From Nitrospirota bacterium (GTDB lineage: Bacteria; Nitrospirota; Thermodesulfovibrionia; Thermodesulfovibrionales; Dissulfurispiraceae), in NCBI GenBank assembly GCA_963790025.1, contig CAWBMP010000002.1, positions 448,001-512,000 of the forward strand: a stretch of 64,000 nucleotides of DNA, in the 5' to 3' direction. This document shows positions 60,996 to 64,000 of the stretch, one piece after another (within the stretch, counting starts at the first letter, position 1; each line of letters opens with the position of its first letter). The translations under genes and the position numbers were made by a program. Under the pieces are notes generated by a model that was given only the letters and a program-made list of their open reading frames with translations, ran no database searches and had not been told where the DNA came from.

Positions 60996-63900
60996 TCAAC
61001 GAACACCTTTCATCCTTATGGAAAAATCTTCCCTTACCAGTGTAAGGTTAGGGCTGTAGTACGGATCTCCTCTTTCCAGTACATGCTTCCATTTTTGTTG
61101 AAATAATTCTATCTCACCTTTAAACCTTTTCTGCTTTTCGGGTGTATCCTCATAGCCTCTCGACTTCGACTCATAATGGTATAGCTCGGCATGGGGAGTG
61201 AAGACTATAAGATATCCTCTTTCCCGTATTCTCAGACATAAGTCAACGTCGTTAAACGCATGAGAATACTTCTCATCAAATCCACCGATCTCTTTGAAGA
61301 CCGTTCTGCGCATCATCAGGCACGCCGCTGTGACGGCGCTCAGGTTCTGCACAATTTTGGGTCTGTAACAATATCCGTTTGAATCTCGCGCAAAATGCTT
61401 GTGAGAATGCCCGGCAACTCCCCCGAGACCAAGAATTACTCCGGCATGCTGAATAGTATCGTCGGGATAGTACAGTTTAGCGCCAACTGCCCCTATCTCA
61501 TGCCTTAGAGCATGTCCCAGCAACTCCTCCATCCAGTCAGGACTAATCACCTCAATGTCATTATTAAGGAAAAGAAGCACTTCTCCTGACGTAAAAGGTA
61601 CCGCATAATTATTGATTGCCGCATAGTTAAAAGGCTTTTGCCACCGGACAACCTGTATATTGTCTTTTTTTGTCAGCTCTTCATAAAGCTCGAATACTTC
61701 CTTCTCCTGACTGCCGTTCTCAACAATGGTAATGATAAAATTCCTGTAGGTAGATGTTTCAATCGATGAAATACATCGCTTCAAATCCTCAGCATGATCT
61801 CTGTTGGGAATTACGATGGAGACTAAAGGGGTCGATTTGCAGGCGTACTTTATTCTGTATGTGCAGGTAGAAGAGTCGAAATGTGCTTCTCCATCCGTAC
61901 CGGTCCTTTTAAGGTGATCATTCAAAGCCCTTTTCGCTGCCTCATAAGCATACGTTTTAGCAGAAGTGTTCCCAGCTGCCGACGAGGAAGAAACCCTCCA
62001 GTGATAAAGGATTTTAGGCAAATGAACGACCCTGACTGCTTTCTCTAAAGTGCGCAGGAAGAGGTCATAATCCTGACTTCCGTCAAATCCATACCTAAAC
62101 CACCCTACCGCCTCGCCGAGACACCTTCTTATAACAGACAGATGACATATATAATTGTAGCTTCTGAGTGTATCAGGCGCATAGTCAGGTTTAAAGTGAG
62201 GATCGCACCTGCAATTGCCATCTTCCGATATTTTGTCCTCATCAGAGTAAATGAAATCCGCTTCCGGATTTTCGTTTATAGCCTTTACTACTTCAAAAAG
62301 CGCAAATGGGGCCAAAAGATCATCATGATCGAGCAGCGCGATAAAATCGCCCGTCGCGAGCGATATAGCCCCATTGGAATTGCCTGCGATACCTTTATTG
62401 CCATCCAAAAACCGGACCTTGATCCGTTCGTCTTTCAGCGCATAAGAGGTCAAAATATCTTTTAAATACGGCCCCCGACTGCCCCCATCAGCAATACATA
62501 ACTCCCATTTATTGTAAGTTTGGGAGAGTACCGATTCTATCATCTCGATTAAAAACTCGCGGGGGGTATTAAAAGTCGGGACCGCAATGCTTATCTTCGG
62601 CTCTATAGTAAATCCCGTTTTTCTCTGCATATTGAGTTCCCGTTGTGAAGGCTCGTGCTGCGCGATCCATGCATCATAATTATTGCTGTAAGCAATGCCT
62701 TTAACAGTGACTGGCCCGTTGTTCGATATCTCTTCCCTTACTTTATTTATAAAGCCCTTTAGTCCCTGATTTTTTATGCACCCTACTGATTTTCTGATAT
62801 TGGAACCGTTAAAAAGTTTTAACGGCTCTTTTATCCGCTGGTAATAATTTCTCATTTTCCAGAATTTGCTGTTTTCCATTGCGGCAATGGTATCATTTGA
62901 ATATTGCAGTGAGGCATGGGCCTTTTGCAATTCAGAATGGGTCCTATGCATTTCAGCACGAATCTTATGCAATTCAGCACGACTTGGATTCATCTCTGCC
63001 TGGGCCTGAGACAATTTGACGAACAAATCAGCGGTCTTATTCTGAAAGCACTGCAGTCGTTCGGATTCGTATTGACTCATACTCAATAACATGTTGTTCC
63101 CCGAAACTCTGGGACGTTCAGAGGCAACCGCAGGCTTTAATATATCGTGATAGTCATTTACCATATCCGTCAGGCTTCGGTGCGATGAATCTTTCAGACG
63201 CCTTACAACATTCGACAGGAGTTGCCGCTGTACGGATAATTCCCTCAATTTAGTGATAACCGCATCTTTATCAGGTTCGACAAGAAACCCGTTGACTCCA
63301 TCCGTGATCCTGTCCTCGAAACTGCCCACTTTCATTGCCAACACCGGAATATCCAAAAGCATGAGCTCACTGAGCGTATAGCTGAACGTTTCCGGCCATA
63401 TCGACAGCAGGAGGCCCATATCCGGTGATATTTGCCTGATAATTTTGGGCAAATCTGAGATTGAGTATTCTTCGGCCACAATATTAATGCCCTGGATTCC
63501 GCCAAATACCCGCCCTTGATCGCCGCATCCCAGGAGAAAGATATCTGCAATGTCGAGAATCTCCTTATATATTTCGTTCAGAAAATCCAGTCCTTTGTGA
63601 AACACCAGCCGGCCCAATATAAGGACCTTTAACTTTGCAGTCTCCCCCGCTCCCTGGTCAGGTTCAACATTGTCCTCCGCCACCTTTGCTCCCTGAGTTT
63701 CATCAGTAAGTTCAACATGGTCCTCCGGGAATTCCGCCCCATGAGGAATTATCCGGAAATCCACATCCTTAAAAGCAGGCTCAAGCCTGATCAAATGCCG
63801 TCGGACTGAATCTGAAGGGGCCACTAACATTATATGATAGTGCTGGATCAACTCCAGAAAACTCCTCCGTACCGGCACCCATTCACATCCCGATGCCAGA

Positions 63901-64000
63901 CGGAAAAAACGATTATACCTGTTGCCATCGAAACAACGTTCTAAATCACCAATCCCACACTCACTGCAGATTCTGTCAAAATAGATATTGATAGCAGGAC
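60996..64000 (-). CDS. Large multidomain glycosyltransferase (GT4-like + coiled coil + two GT2 domains), 5'-truncated
   Basis: Frame stays open past 63878 to the window edge; PETFSYTLSE (GT4-like), heptad region, then LLDHDD...GSQDYDL and LNND...FNDVDLCL GT2 domains. Confidence 0.88.
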   Translation of the reverse strand, partial: PAINIYFDRICSECGIGDLERCFDGNRYNRFFRLASGCEWVPVRRSFLELIQHYHIMLVAPSDSVRRHLIRLEPAFKDVDFRIIPHGAEFPEDHVELTDETQGAKVAEDNVEPDQGAGETAKLKVLILGRLVFHKGLDFLNEIYKEILDIADIFLLGCGDQGRVFGGIQGINIVAEEYSISDLPKIIRQISPDMGLLLSIWPETFSYTLSELMLLDIPVLAMKVGSFEDRITDGVNGFLVEPDKDAVITKLRELSVQRQLLSNVVRRLKDSSHRSLTDMVNDYHDILKPAVASERPRVSGNNMLLSMSQYESERLQCFQNKTADLFVKLSQAQAEMNPSRAELHKIRAEMHRTHSELQKAHASLQYSNDTIAAMENSKFWKMRNYYQRIKEPLKLFNGSNIRKSVGCIKNQGLKGFINKVREEISNNGPVTVKGIAYSNNYDAWIAQHEPSQRELNMQRKTGFTIEPKISIAVPTFNTPREFLIEMIESVLSQTYNKWELCIADGGSRGPYLKDILTSYALKDERIKVRFLDGNKGIAGNSNGAISLATGDFIALLDHDDLLAPFALFEVVKAINENPEADFIYSDEDKISEDGNCRCDPHFKPDYAPDTLRSYNYICHLSVIRRCLGEAVGWFRYGFDGSQDYDLFLRTLEKAVRVVHLPKILYHWRVSSSSAAGNTSAKTYAYEAAKRALNDHLKRTGTDGEAHFDSSTCTYRIKYACKSTPLVSIVIPNRDHAEDLKRCISSIETSTYRNFIITIVENGSQEKEVFELYEELTKKDNIQVVRWQKPFNYAAINNYAVPFTSGEVLLFLNNDIEVISPDWMEELLGHALRHEIGAVGAKLYYPDDTIQHAGVILGLGGVAGHSHKHFARDSNGYCYRPKIVQNLSAVTAACLMMRRTVFKEIGGFDEKYSHAFNDVDLCLRIRERGYLIVFTPHAELYHYESKSRGYEDTPEKQKRFKGEIELFQQKWKHVLERGDPYYSPNLTLVREDFSIRMKGVR

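Overview
Mostly core chromosomal DNA from a diderm, LPS-making bacterium. Gene content and order suggest Nitrospirota (Thermodesulfovibrionia-like); this is an inference, not a database result. In order, the window holds: the 3' end of a ROK kinase, lepA-lepB-ribE-ribBA, two divergent tRNA clusters, and tuf-rpmG-trnW-secE-nusG-rplKAJL-rpoBC. An accessory stretch (about 19.2-28.7 kb) follows, with a Mut7-C nuclease, a GEMM-I-type riboswitch ahead of a small secreted protein, a group II intron 3' remnant, a DUF4258/DUF2283 toxin-antitoxin-like pair, a porin with a sigma-54 promoter, two O-acyltransferases, ilvA and a signal-peptide-bearing metallothionein-like Cys-repeat protein. After that come nifU-nifS, a bamD-sirC-gnnA-gnnB-lpxB-waaA-lpxK lipid A operon, uppS-cdsA-dxr-rseP, a carbonic anhydrase, a CXXCH/CopD/cytochrome b5 fusion, mfd, a MITE, a cold-shock gene, tRNAs and a rhamnose-rich surface glycan locus that runs off the right edge. 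The most notable candidates are the exported (CKCxHCGKDCKCG)x4 protein divergent from nifUS, the 22-bp direct-repeat-bounded riboswitch cassette, and widespread palindromic or 6-7-mer repeats, some translated in frame. No CRISPR array, rRNA, integrase or intact transposase was seen.
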